The notes beneath the pieces are model-generated. The model ran no database searches. It worked only from the letters and a program-made list of their open reading frames with translations, and was not told where the DNA came from. DNA of 64,000 bases, taken from assembly GCA_043228905.1 (NCBI GenBank), contig JBHGNT010000021.1, forward strand, positions 3,906,001 to 3,970,000, read 5' to 3'. Shown here piece after piece: positions 24,841 through 38,017 of this stretch (position 1 is the stretch's first letter; each line of letters begins with the position of its first letter). This DNA comes from Azolla caroliniana (taxonomy: Eukaryota > Plantae > Polypodiophyta). Both the position numbers and the translations under genes were made by a program.

Positions 24841-27143
24841 CTAGCTAGCACAAGCAACTTTTGCAGCTCTAGAGCTCAAATCATCCCTTCGACCGCGGTT
24901 ATTGTATGGTGTGCGAACTCCCAATCGAGGCACTGACTGGTAGTGTCCGAGCAGGGACCTAAGCAATCTCAATGTGGTAACAGCATCTTCATTTTTATCT
25001 TCTAATTTATTAGATGTTCTATGAGAAGATTGTAAAGGAGTTTCTAAAGAAACCCTCCCACCCTTTAAAACAAGCTTCTCATCATTAACAGTATCAAGAT
25101 TGCTCATGTTTGATAATTCAGTGGAATCTTCTGCAATACCTCTCTCTATGCTTGTAGTACACCCTGACAATGAAGGGATACTTTCTGGACTCTTTTTTTT
25201 GCAATCTTTAGTCATCATCTCCGCTTTCTTTACAGCTTGACGAGGCATAACCTCAAACACAAACCTTCCGCCATTCCAAACTGTTGCTGAGATCTTGAAT
25301 ATCTCAAATCCAAGGTGGAGTCTATAGAACTTAAACAAGGGTACAGTGAAAGCCAAAGTTGCAATAGTGAACACTGCCTGGATGATACAATACATATACA
25401 CTCGGTTCTCAGCACCAAGAAGACCACTTAGATACCACCATATATTATTGGCCCTTTCTGCCTTGCGCTTCAATTCCCTGTGCATACACATATAAAATAG
25501 CTTCTCAGTTTACCAGGAAAACCAATCCCAGAAAATTACATCTAATTCTCATATTTTCATTAAGGGCATTGAGGTAAATCCAAGTACACAAGGTATAGAA
25601 ACCTGTAGGAGGTCATTATCTCGGGGTCCTGTAGAATGCGTTGTCTCTTTATAACTTCCACAACAGCAAAATATAGAGCTTGCCAGATGCAATAAACCAT
25701 CATTGGAATACAAAAGAGCCACAACCACAAGGTAGGGATGCTGTTTACCACAGGCCATACAGGTAAAGCTCCTATCTCTTCTGTTGAATTGAATGTGTTT
25801 GTGTCCCACCATCGGAGAATGAAGAATACAATTCCTGGCACATCAGAAAATTAAGTTAACCATCCAGTAATGTCAGGTTAAGGTAAGCTAAAATTTGCCA
25901 ATGGTTAAGGGGAACGTAGAGTCTACCAGGTAGAAGATGAATGAGGACACTGATAGTTTTATCAATGGAGTTGAATACTAGACTACACCGCCAAACGATC
26001 AATGCCCATGCAAGCGGTCCCTACCAAAAGATTTCAGAAAACTTAAGAGGAGCCAATCGAGAACACATCACCATAGATATCATGTGATGCAATGGGATCT
26101 AATGTGATGTGAAAATGTGTAATTTGGATGCATATATACCTCAGAGAAGGAGAAACATAGCATAAACAACCTCTTGTCCCTTGGGAAGAAAAGAAGCATG
26201 GTTACAAAGATGGCATTCGCATAATAGCAAAAGTCCTGAGGAGGATCAGAGCATTAAGATTATGTTAAAAAATAGTGCAAGTTTCAAAAAGAAGGGAGAA
26301 CATATTCATGAGGAAACCAAACAGATTACCAACAAGTAATAGTGCCATTTCTTGATACGGTAATAGATCCACCGGAGAGGTACAACAAAGATGAAGAATA
26401 GGCAATAGAGCCGAGGAATGTCTTGAGGAACTGCAATAGGTTTATATGATTCTTTCAGTTAGTGGATAGACTCAGCAGATTGCAAGTGGTGAACTGGAAA
26501 ATTATGTGGGTATTTACTTACTGGATCCAAGAAGGTAGCAAAAGAGGCCAAAAAACAGAACACCAAGGCAGTAAGTAACCTATGACATGAGAAGACATTG
26601 CCAATCTAATCAATCATCTGCTTCTCATTGTTAAATGCAACTTGCTTGAAGCCGGTGGGTATAATGGTGATGATTTTTCGCCATATTACATTGGAATCCA
26701 ATCATGAAGCCGATTCCAGAGTTCTAGCATTCGTGACTGTGAAAACAAATATAAAAAAAATGAGGATGAGGACAGTGGGCCTACCTTGTTCAGAAGAACT
26801 TCGTATTTGTCCACATGTTTTACGATCTTCTCCACTTGCTCTGTGATAGCTGCGTGGGTTTTCATGGCGTGAATCTGGGGGGGGTTTCTCATGGAGAAAA
26901 AAGAAAAAAGAAGAAGATCTTTAAGACCAACAATAAAAAACAAAATGAAGAAGGAAGGAAGGAAGCTTTAGATCTGTAGACTCAAACAGATTGACGACTC
27001 GCAGTAAAGGAAGAGAAGGGCAGGAGATACAGAAGAAAGGAGATAGGATGTATGCTTACCAGAGGTTTGGGGGAAGGAAGAGCGGAATGGCGTGGAGTGA
27101 GGAGAGGGGAGGGATTGTCCTTCTTCTTCTTGTTCACTGCCAT
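24841..27143 (-). CDS. GPC1: Glycerophosphocholine acyltransferase (GPCAT, DUF2838), multi-exon membrane protein
   Basis: Exon 1 27143-27060 (MAVNKKKK...PKPL), exon 2 26874-26785, exon 3 26579-26522, then exons giving [48 protein letters not shown]...IHLLP and [16 protein letters not shown]...[14 protein letters not shown]; all GT-AG where checked. Confidence 0.9.
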
Positions 27144-27318
27144 GGATGGGAGGGAAGAACAGGGGAAGATTGTTTTTGTGATCTGCAGGAGCAGAGGATC
27201 TGGGTGAGAGTGAGAGTGAGTGAGTGAGTGTGCAGAGACAGAGAGAGAGAGAGAGAGAGAGAGTGATAGATAGATAGATAGATAGTATGGAATATTCTTC
27301 GGACACACAGTATATGAT

Positions 27319-27362
<44 letters not shown>

Positions 27363-27483
27363 TCTCAGATTGATTTTTATGTGCTTTTTATGCGTTTTGC
27401 TTCTTCTTTGTCCCCATCGGCTTTTCTTTTCTTTTTTTACATCTTCTCGCCTCCATCCATCCATCCATCCCATTCATTGCTCT

Positions 27484-27715
27484 TCGATTCGCCCGCCCGC
27501 CCATTCCATTCATTACTTCGATTTGTCCATATAATTCATTCGCCCGCCCGCCCATTCCATTCATTACTTCGATTTGTCCATATAATTCATTCGCCCGCCC
27601 GTCCATCCCATTCAATACTTCAATTTGTCCATATAATTCATTCCCCCGCCCGTCCATCCCATTCATTACTTCGATTTGTCCATATAATCCATTCACCCGC
27701 CCGCCCATCCATCCG
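27484..27715. repeat. About 51-bp minisatellite (4-5 copies) upstream of GPC1
   Basis: Unit ATTCGCCCGCCCGCCCATTCCATTCATTACTTCGATTTGTCCATATAATTC from 27487, 27538 and onward. Confidence 0.9.
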
Positions 27716-29970
27716 ATTCAGCGCTTCGATTTGCCTGTTCGTCCGTCTGATCCATTGCTTCGATTTGCCCATACATTTGATTCATTGCGGGCAAGCAAAT
27801 GGGCATGCGAATGGATGGACCTTTCCCTCCTTCTTTTCCATCGTTACAACTTACTACCATGACCATCGCGCCTATCGTCGCCCTCACTTGTTGTCTCTCA
27901 TACGTCCTCGCCCTTAATCGTCCCTCCCCTAGCTTTAGATCGGATCTCGATATCGTGGATCCACATTGCACGCATGATGAGTCTACCTTTACGATCTCAT
28001 GTGGAGCCGTGTGAATTATAATTAATATATGGTATGTCACATGTGTGTGCCTCATGTGTGGTGGTAGTTTGAGATCATGTCATGGGTGGGCTTATGACTT
28101 GGATTGGATCATGCTCATGTGGATTTAAGTTGTTCATGATGACTTCATCACGGTATCAAGTGGCGACATATGAAAGAATATAATTGTTGGGTGTGTATGC
28201 TTAATAACACATCCAAATGTTGATAATCTAAAACCTATTCGAATGGTTCTATTGATGTGTTGCCATATCTATAAAAGTTCTCATCACTATCAACATGTCA
28301 ACAAAAGAGTTTGTGACAGTGTCTCGTTTTCAATGTTAATTTTTTTTCCAACCCTTCAATTGAACTTTAAATCCCCGTTGGTTTGTTGGCATGGTTTCCT
28401 CTCAAATTAAAACAATGGAAACTAATCCTAAGTAAATCATTTCCCTAGTTGCGTTTTAATCTAAGATGAAATAAAAAGGTTACCATTATTGGAATTCCAC
28501 AAATTCAAGTACGTGCAAAAAACATGGCATCGCATTTGACATAAGCAAAGGTAGGCTTGCAATTTGCAACAATGAGGTTTTGGACCAAAAGTCCGAGCAA
28601 CAATTTTGATGTTTGTGGCTATAAAAAATCTTGAACACGAGGTTCTCATAGAATGATTGCCCACAATTGAATACGATAGTATATAACAAAGCTAAAAAGG
28701 TATCATATTATAGTCTACGCATGTGATACTCCACAAGACTTATCTATAATGTACATTATCATGACATATCTTAGATTCCATTATAGAAATTCAATTCAAT
28801 AAAACTCATCATTGCTTATCATTACTTGTAGGAGACTAGGTAATTGATTACATAGGATTTCCAATATACATTTTGGGATTAGATTTTTCCATAGTTATAG
28901 ATTTATTACTTCCATTTAAACAAAGTTTGTCAATCAATTATAACATCAATCTAGTCCCTTTTATTTTAAGAGCATCAAGACCAAGCCCAGGGTGACCACA
29001 CAACCTGAAACCTATTGTAGGCATTATTAGAAGGCCGATCGACCAGGTTTTTAGGCCATGAATACCTTGACAATAAGTTGAGTTAATTATTATAGGGTTC
29101 ATCTTGAAGGAGATTTTTATGAGAACTTCAAAACTCTGATTACAAATCGTGCCATTCTTGTAAACTTGGACCGTTTGCTTTAATTCTTAATGCCCTTACA
29201 AACAGTTGCTCAAAACTTAGTATGGTAAGGGATGGCTTTGTTATATCCCTAGTATCACTATGAGTGCATCTAGAAGATAAAAGCAGAGATTACCCTGGGT
29301 GGTTTCTTCTCATAAATATATGCTTTGATCTTGGTCCCATACCTGTAAGATATGCTCCACGGTCCAACCAAATAACTATTTTAATCCTCCATGCACTCTT
29401 GCATCACTTCACTTCACTTCACATGCAAATTAAAGAGCGTGATCTGAGATCACACAGACAATAATTCAGCATCCCATTTTGCATTTGAGTTTTAGAAAGC
29501 TTATCAGCTTGGGCAGATGCCTCGTGTATACATTTATCAAATATTCAATATCTGTATGACAAATGTATGTATTAGTACACATTTGCATACACTAGCGTCT
29601 ATTAGAGAAAATTGGCATCTCACACATGGCTATCCTTGTTCATCCCAAGGTTGGAAAACACCGCCACGATCTTGGTCTGATTGGATTAAATGCAACTTCC
29701 AATTAAGATATGCACATGAATTCTATTACATCACTATTTAATTAAATCAAATATTGTAACTGTCAAGCATTCACTAGTCTACTTAATAGCTCAATAAGAT
29801 GTTTTATTTCCCTCTGATTCTTGCCTTCTCCCATAAAGCTACTTGCATCCTGCAATTTATCCTGAATCATCAGACATTATCAAAGATTTAGGCATTAAAC
29901 TATTTCCGAGCCAGAATAAACAACGTGCATAAATTTGGGTATATATTTTCACCAAACTAATTGATAGTCT

Positions 29971-30011
29971 AGCTCTGTAGCTCTGTAGCTCTGTAGCTCT
30001 GTAGCTCTGTA
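29971..30011. repeat. (AGCTCTGT)5 octamer repeat
   Basis: Directly visible. Confidence 0.9.
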
Positions 30012-31960
30012 CACATATTTCTCTCTGATTAGAAGTAAACATAAATCGAAAGAGAACAAAAACAATATGTGCTACAAATTGTCATACCCTGCCTGTTGAT
30101 GAACTATGAATCAACGGATGAGATTGATATTGGAAGGGAGGGTTCGGTTTAACATTTACAGTTTTCTAAACCCACATCACATAAATAGTAGAACCCATAT
30201 CTGATTTTCTTCCCATCCCCTAATTGGTTCAATCTCTTTAAACTCTCAGATTTATTTATATAATTAGCAGAACCACACCTAGATCACAGAATAGCTGAAT
30301 TCATATTCAATCTCTTTAAACTATCCGCTTTCTTCATATAATTAGCAGAACCCAAACCTAGATCACAGAATACCTGAATCCATATTTTATTTTTAACCTT
30401 TAATTCCATTTAATTTCTTGGATATATTGATATAATCACACAACCCATATGTGATTTTGTCAAATGAAGCTAATTCCATGAACATCCCAGCTCAAGGCTT
30501 CTCTATTGATCTCCCTTGCAAGAGTGTGAGATCAAAATATCTGTTAACAACCTCAAATTATCCATATTCCAGGATTTTCTAGCCATACTGTGTGAAGGGC
30601 ACACAAGGGGCAGGTAAATTTGCAACACAAACCCAATATTTTTAATGAATCAGGCAACGATTTGGGAAGGGTCAATGCTGATTCATAGTCTCCACAGTAA
30701 GCAGATATTCCCAAGCAGGACCCTGATAAAAGCAATAATGAAAAACCTCCACTTATACATGTAGAGCTTAATAAAGATATAGATTAAAAGGAGCCCTATA
30801 GCTTGGGACCTAAATGCTCTCATTGAAACACTCAAATGAAGCTATGGAATCTCAAATCAAGTCATCATGCTTTACAAGGTACGCCTCATATCAATATTAT
30901 GCTTATGTCAATATATATATATATATATATATATTCTGCTGTACCAAAACTTTTCAAATATAGGTCTCTTAAAATAATAGACTGCCTCTTAATGTGGAAG
31001 CATAATAACAGATATAGAAAGATAGTCCCGCATGTGATCATAAAAGAAATAGCATGTAGTAAGTTGCAGCTAAAGTAAACTAGAAGCCACTGAAAAGAAT
31101 TTGTCCAGACCATAGTTGCTTATCATTTGGCCAAAACAAAGTTTCAAAATTTCAAGCACATAGAGACAGAGGATCATAGGTTACTTATGCTGAGATTATG
31201 GTTGAGGTTGAGAGAGTTTAGAGAAGCGTTGTAGGCATTGGGCTACACTCAATAGTCAGTGAGTTGGCTGAAAAAGTGGCGTGATAAGAAATAGTAAATG
31301 ATTGAGATAGTTTATTTGCGAGTTCACATGAGAAGTGATCTACAAGAAATTGGAATCGATAACATGTCCCAGGATGTGTACACATAGAGATTTGAGTTTA
31401 GAAGACCAAAGACCAGCCTAAAACGAAGTTCTTGGTCTAAAAGAAACTATCCCAATGTAAGGTGAAATCCATACCCCAAATTGCTATCGACGTAGATGAT
31501 TTTGTTATCCACATAAATCATCCTTCTACAATCAATGGTCATAATTTAAGACTCGTTTGACCTCTAAGTCAGGATTCAACATCAAATGATCTACTCATGA
31601 AATTGTCATTTCCTAAAATAACGCCAGCAGTTTCAGCTAACCTTGTTCATTCAACTGCAACAGTTACTTTAGGATTAGCTTTTTGCTCATTTCAACCAAT
31701 GAGATCATGTTGATTATGCCAAGAATGGATCAGCCCTGTTTATTGATGTGGGAATTCGGGAAATTTTCTATCTGGGGATTTGTTAATTTCCATTCATGAC
31801 CACAGCCTGCTTTAAATCTGGGACCAATCATTAATCTTTTCTAGCAATATGAGATCTATTAAATTCAAGATTGTTGCAGTTCTTCTCTCCATTTTATAAT
31901 GATGATTCAACTAGTGAAAAAGAGAGCTACAGTAAAATACTTGAGATCAAATAATTTTAC

Positions 31961-33749
31961 CTCCAGGCTCTTTAATGTTGTTGTTAGTTTAGCCACCTCT
32001 TCTGAAAAATGCACACTGTCTTCTGTTCTCAAACTTGACTTCCTGGGTGTAAAACATATACAGAAGTACCAAGTTAACAGTGGAGATCTTCTCTTTCAAC
32101 TGAAATCATAGAAGAGTCAGTCATAGCATTGTCACCTTATATTATAGGCAGTATGATTTAGGAGCTGAAGAAATTCTGTTACATCATTCAATGCTCCATT
32201 ATTTTGCAATGCTTCTATCACAGCTTCAGAGTCGTTTAGAAATGCTTCAGTCTGTAGAAAATTTCATATAAGAAAGAATTCCACAGATATTTTTCCTACA
32301 TAACCCTTTTGCATTTCAAACAACGTACCCTCTGAAAGAGAGGCTTACAGTTATCAAGAGTTTCCGCAACTTGCTTTGCAGTTTTGAACAAGTCTGTTAC
32401 ATCCATGTCTTCTGACTTTTTTGCCATTTTGCCACAAAGTCCTATAAGCTCATCCATGCTCACTCCTTGCTTTCCTCTTATACTTCCCTTGTCACAAACA
32501 ATGAGTCCTTCGGCAGGACAGTTGGGATGTAATGGTCCAAATGATGGATATGGGACTGGAATTACAGGCATGATGTCAATCATGGTTTCTCCAGCGAGCC
32601 CTGATTGATTAACCTCAACTACTGCATTCCGAGGGATATAAACACTTGAATCTAAAACCTATAAAATTAGCAGGACAAGTAGATGGTTTTTGCATAGTGA
32701 ATTTGAGGAAATTAAATAAATACAATCCACGAGCAAAAAAAAGCGTTTTGAGTTTACAAACTCCGAAAAAGAAAGCAAAGAGAAACCGTCGAATATTGCA
32801 TAGGAAGACAAATGCACTGGACAGATGATGGAAAATCAAGGACTTTCACTTTCCAGTCTCCACAATGATTCAGGAGGAACCGGAACATGAAATTCCTTTG
32901 GCCAATAGAATGTGATTTCAGTTGTGAATCCACAGGGCAAACACTAAATGGAGGAAATGTATCAAAAACATCAAATGAAATGCATTTTGTAGCAGCACAT
33001 ATAAATGGGAGCAGAGAATCAAAATCGCATGAGAAATGGGAGCAGATATAATATCTTCCGAATTTAAAAGAAAGTTCATCAAAGGAACTTGACACTTGGA
33101 GGCTAAAATCCTTGCGTGAGCACAAGGCAAAGTCAAAGTGGACATGAAGGGAAAATCGAATTTTTGGAATTTCTACGTGCTAAACCTACAAAAAAGGAAC
33201 AGAAATACTTCTTTTGAAGACGTTGTAGTAAAAACAAAAAACAAAAAAAAAAAATGCAGGGAGAAACACCTGTATGTGAGTGTCAATGCGTTCAAGGCAA
33301 GGCCTGACATGGACAACGCTTCCAACGTCAACACCACGAAGTTTGACGGGAGTCCCTGTGGTGATACCTGATGCGAGCGGGAACTCGACGATGAACTCGT
33401 ACCGTGGGGGTCGCGAGGTGAGCTCAGAAGCTTTCTTCCACACGAATCTGAACCCCACGGCTAAGGAGGCCACTGCGAGAGCAATGCCGATGCTTCCTCC
33501 CACCACCTCTTCCTTGCGGATGCCATAACTGGACAAAGATTTCAGGAGCTGCGTGGTGGGAGGAATTTGCAGGGAAGCCCATGGCCGCCTTTCCTCGCCC
33601 TTCTCCGACTTGGATTTCCTGCTCTCGGGTGTATCTTGGCACGCTTCTATGCGTCTATAACAAGGTCTAGGGTTAGGGTTAGGGTTAGGGTTAGGGTTAG
33701 GCGATCTGTTCTGGAGATGGAAGGTGTTGTTGTGCAGGCAGATCAGCAT
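31961..33749 (-). CDS. TGD2: TGD2-like MCE/MlaD-domain plastid lipid-transfer protein (last exon unresolved)
   Basis: Exons 33749-33270, 32658-32329, 32251-32136, 32042-31961; transit-like N-terminus, one TM segment, MCE motifs (EFPLASGITTGTPVKLRGVDVGSV; IPRNAVVEVNQSGL...IDIMP...PSFGPLHPNCPAEGLIVCD...GKQGVSMDELIG). A donor at 31960 implies a further exon that I could not place with confidence. Confidence 0.8.
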
Positions 33750-33924
33750 TATTCCTTCTTTTTCTTTGGAAGCTGCATTTGGGCTGCTCCTTCCATGAAG
33801 GAGTGAGTGAGTAAATGAATGAATGAATGAATGGGTGTGTCGCTCGGATCAATTGCCTGGACGGATCGGCTGACCGGCCATCGCGGATTTTTTGTTTGCC
33901 CGATCGTGATCGGCCGAGGCCCTG

Positions 33925-34292
33925 CCGTATCCATCCATTGGCAACCACATACTTTCTGTCAGCCACATTGACCAAAACTTTGAGGATTACGTGGGCCCTT
34001 ATCGTGTCTCGATCTGAGAATCGGTAGATGAAAATGTTCGATCAAGGCTCTGTCATGTCCGTCCATCAGCAACCACATACTTTTCCGTCCGCCTGATTGA
34101 TCAACGACTTGTGGATTACGTGGGTTCTTACCACATCTCAATATGAGAATCGTAGATGAAAAGTTCATCTGAGGCCTTGTCGTGTATCTCCATCAGCAAC
34201 CACATACTTGTCCGTCTACCATATTGAGCGACACCCTGCAAATTACATGGGTTCGTACCACATCTCAATCTAAGAATCGTAGATGAAAAAGT
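33925..34292. repeat. Three diverged copies of an approximately 130-bp unit upstream of TGD2-like
   Basis: Recurring GCAACCACATACTT...ATTACRTGGG...ATCTCAAT...GAATCGTAGATGAAAA. Confidence 0.8.
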
Positions 34293-34499
34293 TTGCACAT
34301 CATATCCAATGAAGAAAATAAAATGCCATTGAGTGTTTTGACGACACTATGTAGTCGCGCATGAACATATGTTCTTCCGGTAGTTGGTAAGCATCGCACG
34401 ACTGCCCCTTCGAACTCATCTAGTATGCTAGAACTTCGAAACGTGAAAATAAAGATTTTGGGTTTTTAGTTTATAGTGATTGCGAGCTTATTTGTGATT

Positions 34500-36200
34500 A
34501 TGCTAGAAGTCTTGATTCTATGATTTGTCACTTGAAGAACAAGGGCCACTCTTCCTTGGATGGCAATTTGCATTGACTATAGTTTGAGACTCTCAAAGAC
34601 ATACTGTTTGTAGATTGTAGTGGAACTCACTGAATCATTTATATTCCACTATGTTGTTTGTGTTGTAAATGGATTTTAGTGATCTTGTAGCAAGGGTTTT
34701 ATGAATTCAATACGAGAGTTTGATTGCATTCCATATGAATGGCTAGTTTTTAGTTTACTATCATATACACTATCAAGTGATGGTGTCATGTTTGAAGACC
34801 ATGAAAGTACTAGGAAGGGTGGTAATGGGGATGCATTGAAATCCTTCATTTCATTGGTAATATGTTACATTCTTGAACGGGCCAATATAAAGTACTCATA
34901 GATGCCCTTAGCAATGTATTGAAACCCCCCCCTCTTTCATTTGTTAGAGAATGGTATGTACACGGATGTAATACATGTAATATTTTAGGAAATGAGTGGA
35001 CATACAATGTATATAATTGTAGCTGGTTGCTACATTGTGCAACTTAGAGAATGAATAAGTGGCTAAAGTTGGAATGTTATGTGGCAATCATGCAACGAAC
35101 ATAATACATGCACATTGACTTATAGTTTGGTATGACTTTCAACTCGCTCTATCTATCTATTCGGCACATGTTACCGCTCCCATCTATTGCCTCTACCGAT
35201 CTCTTTCATACATAGCTTGACGTTGTCTCCAATTCTATGTGTTCTATTCAATCAATAACAATCTATCAATCTTTGTTTTCCAACAACATTTACTTACATA
35301 ATAAAGGAGTTTTTTGGATGAGTTATCAATGTCACTTGAGCATTGTATCCGCATACATGTTAGGTTGTACAATGATTATGAGGTTCCACTCTCATTAAAA
35401 GTAGCAAGAGTAACGTGTCACACTTTATTCTTCCTTTATAGTGGGCACATTGATATATTGGAAGAATTTTACCAATGAAAAATGTCACCATCGTACAACA
35501 ACATCACATGTGACCCGGGGGCTCAAACCAATAACCACCTTAGTCCATTATAGTTTCATGTAATGTCTACACTTTAGCCATTAATATCACACTAGCTATT
35601 GTTGTATCACCTCCATTAGTGTCACGCTAGCAACAACCGTTATAACGTTTGCAAAATAATTATCGCAACATTTTATCTTTATGATTGAGCAATGAGCATG
35701 CATATAACTAGGAGGTATTATAAATAGGGAAGTTCTAATATTGTCAAATCATTTCGAATCAAAGCTCGGTTTTGGCTAAGGCATTTGATAATGATCTTAT
35801 AAATCTCATTGTTCTTGTGCATACCATTCTAAAAGGAGTGCTCACCATTGTTAGAATATTTCGATGGTTTTGATAAGGGATTTCAAATTTGAAGATGTTG
35901 TTATTGTGTGGAATGATCAATAAGATGTGAAAGATTATGACAAAGAAAATTGTTTTGTTGCATTGATTTATGGGACAATATTTTGCCTCTTGCATGTGAT
36001 TCCTTGGGATGAAGAAGCATTAACTGATTATTTATGATATAGGATTCATGGTGAAGTGAAAATTTTGCTTCTAATCTTTCACGAATTCCCAAATGTTGAG
36101 ATGTCAAGCTCAAACTTATATATTGAAAGCACTCATTAAGGGCTTATGCATTGACTTAACAAAAGTGCAATGGTTTTGTATTATCATCACACTCACTCTT
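34500..36200 (+). mobile_element. Possible heavily decayed hAT transposase relic
   Basis: Weak fragments only (GVMF...GDAL...VLIDALSN, resembling the DUF659 TDNASN region); many stops. Confidence 0.25.
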
Positions 36201-36689
36201 ATATATCAATAAATTGACCCTAATTTGAATGTGTACTTACACATATGTTTTGGCTTTGAATGAGACATTGTCGGTGTAGACCCTTTGAGTGAGCAACAAA
36301 TGAGTACATATTGGATAAAGCCCCACCCATACAATACAACCATTGTCTACAATGCTTCTCATGTATTGGCTTTGAATCTGACATTGTTGGAGATGCAGAA
36401 AGGTTCATAGTAAGAAGGCTAAGAAGTGAAAACTCCAACAATGAAAGTGCGACATGCACACTTCATGCAAAGAGGGGGAGGGGGGGGGTAATCAAATCAC
36501 AAGGTTCACAACTATTTATAAAGAAAGTAGGACCTACTATACACGACACCCATTATACATTGTCTTTGTCTAGGCAAACATGTGGGAAGATTCTCATTGA
36601 GTGATTGAACACGGGGCGTGCTCATGGAAAGTCAGACGTACAAAGCATGTGTTAAGGTGGCCCGTTAACTGAGCGATAGACATGACATG

Positions 36690-36935
36690 CATACATACAT
36701 ACATACATACATACATACATACATACATACATACATACATACATACATACATACATACATACATACATACATACATACATACATACGCAATGATCTCTAG
36801 CAATGCGAAAGAGAGCTCAGGCATATGGTGAGCAAAAACCACCGAAATGATACATACATACATAAATACGCAATGATCTCTAGCAATGCGAAAGAGAGCT
36901 CAGGCATATGGTGAGCAAAAACCACCGAAATGATC
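36690..36935. repeat. (CATA)n microsatellite followed by an approximately 82-bp tandem duplication
   Basis: CATA run at 36690-36786; ATACGCAATGATCTCTAGC...CCGAAATGAT present twice. Confidence 0.93.
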
Positions 36936-37069
36936 ATGCGGACGTCCACGAGATTTCGAGACAGATATGTTTAGGCAGAGAGGCAAGGGTGTTTTTTTGG
37001 GGGGCTAATAATCTCTATTTGTGGTGAGGGAAACGAGAATAATAAAGCTCACAAGTAGGGAAGTAGCGG

Positions 37070-37248
37070 CCACGTCATCGATCCGGAGATAAACGATTGT
37101 GGGCCGTCGGATGGCGAACTCGGAAACCAAAGGTGTAGATGTAGCGGGACTGGTAGGACCGTCTCCTCCTCCGGATGCATCTCTCTCTATATATACGCAC
37201 AGAGAGACAGGCAGACAGAGAAGGAAACCCTAACCCTAGACAAACCCT
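37070..37248 (+). promoter_or_regulatory. Plant histone gene promoter: type I element, site II, nonamer-like motif, TATA, teloboxes
   Basis: CCACGTCATCGATCCG at 37070-37085 (hexamer plus reversed octamer), TGGGCC near 37100, CGTCGGATG (reverse nonamer-like) at 37105, TATATATA near 37188, AAACCCTA near 37225 and 37241. Confidence 0.82.
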
Positions 37249-37319
37249 AGACGCAGACGCAGACATATCACAGAAGAGGATTTGGAATCGCGCAGAACCG
37301 CAAGAGCGATTTTGATCCG

Positions 37320-38017
37320 ATGGCAGCCGGCGCAGGACGAGGAAAGGCCGCAGGAAAGAAAGCCACGTCTCGTAGCTCCAAGGCTGGGTTGCAATTCCCT
37401 GTTGGGAGGATCGCTCGATTCCTCAAGTCTGGGAAGTATGCAGAGAGGGTAGGCGCCGGTGCCCCTGTCTATCTTGCCGCTGTTCTTGAATACCTTGCAG
37501 CAGAGGTAGGCTCAATTTCGCTTCCCATTTCTGTGTATGGTTTTTTGTTTTTGTGTTTTTTGTTGTAGGAGATCATAAATTTGCCAAGGCTATGTCCCGG
37601 TTTCTTGTGAATTCTGTGCATAATTCTCAGTTTATTTAGGATCGAATATTTTTTCTCCATAGCCTCATCTTTAATATGAGTAGAGATTCGAAGGTTTCTC
37701 TTTTTGACTCTGTATATTAGGGCTTTATACGTTTTCTACCACTCGCTAGATGCTGTATTGAATTTTTGGTGTTGTCTAATTGGTAACGAATTGATTTGCA
37801 GGTGTTAGAGCTTGCTGGCAATGCTGCTCGTGACAACAAGAAGAACCGGATTGTTCCTCGCCATATCCAGCTGGCTGTGAGGAATGATGAAGAACTGAGC
37901 AAGCTGCTAGGACAGGTCACTATTGCCAATGGTGGTGTGCTACCCAATATCCACAATGTACTCCTACCCACCAAGAAGTCGGCAGCTGGTGGCAAATCAG
38001 CCTCAGAAGATTTGTAG
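37320..38017 (+). CDS. H2A: Histone H2A, 2 exons (37320-37505, 37802-38017), 133 aa
   Basis: [20 protein letters not shown]...YLAAE|[14 protein letters not shown]...[10 protein letters not shown]; intron at the usual plant H2A position. Confidence 0.98.

Noticed and set aside
24841-33749. GPC1 and TGD2-like as a lipid-metabolism gene cluster
   Set aside because: Only two neighbouring genes acting in different compartments, with no shared regulatory motif seen; chance adjacency is sufficient.
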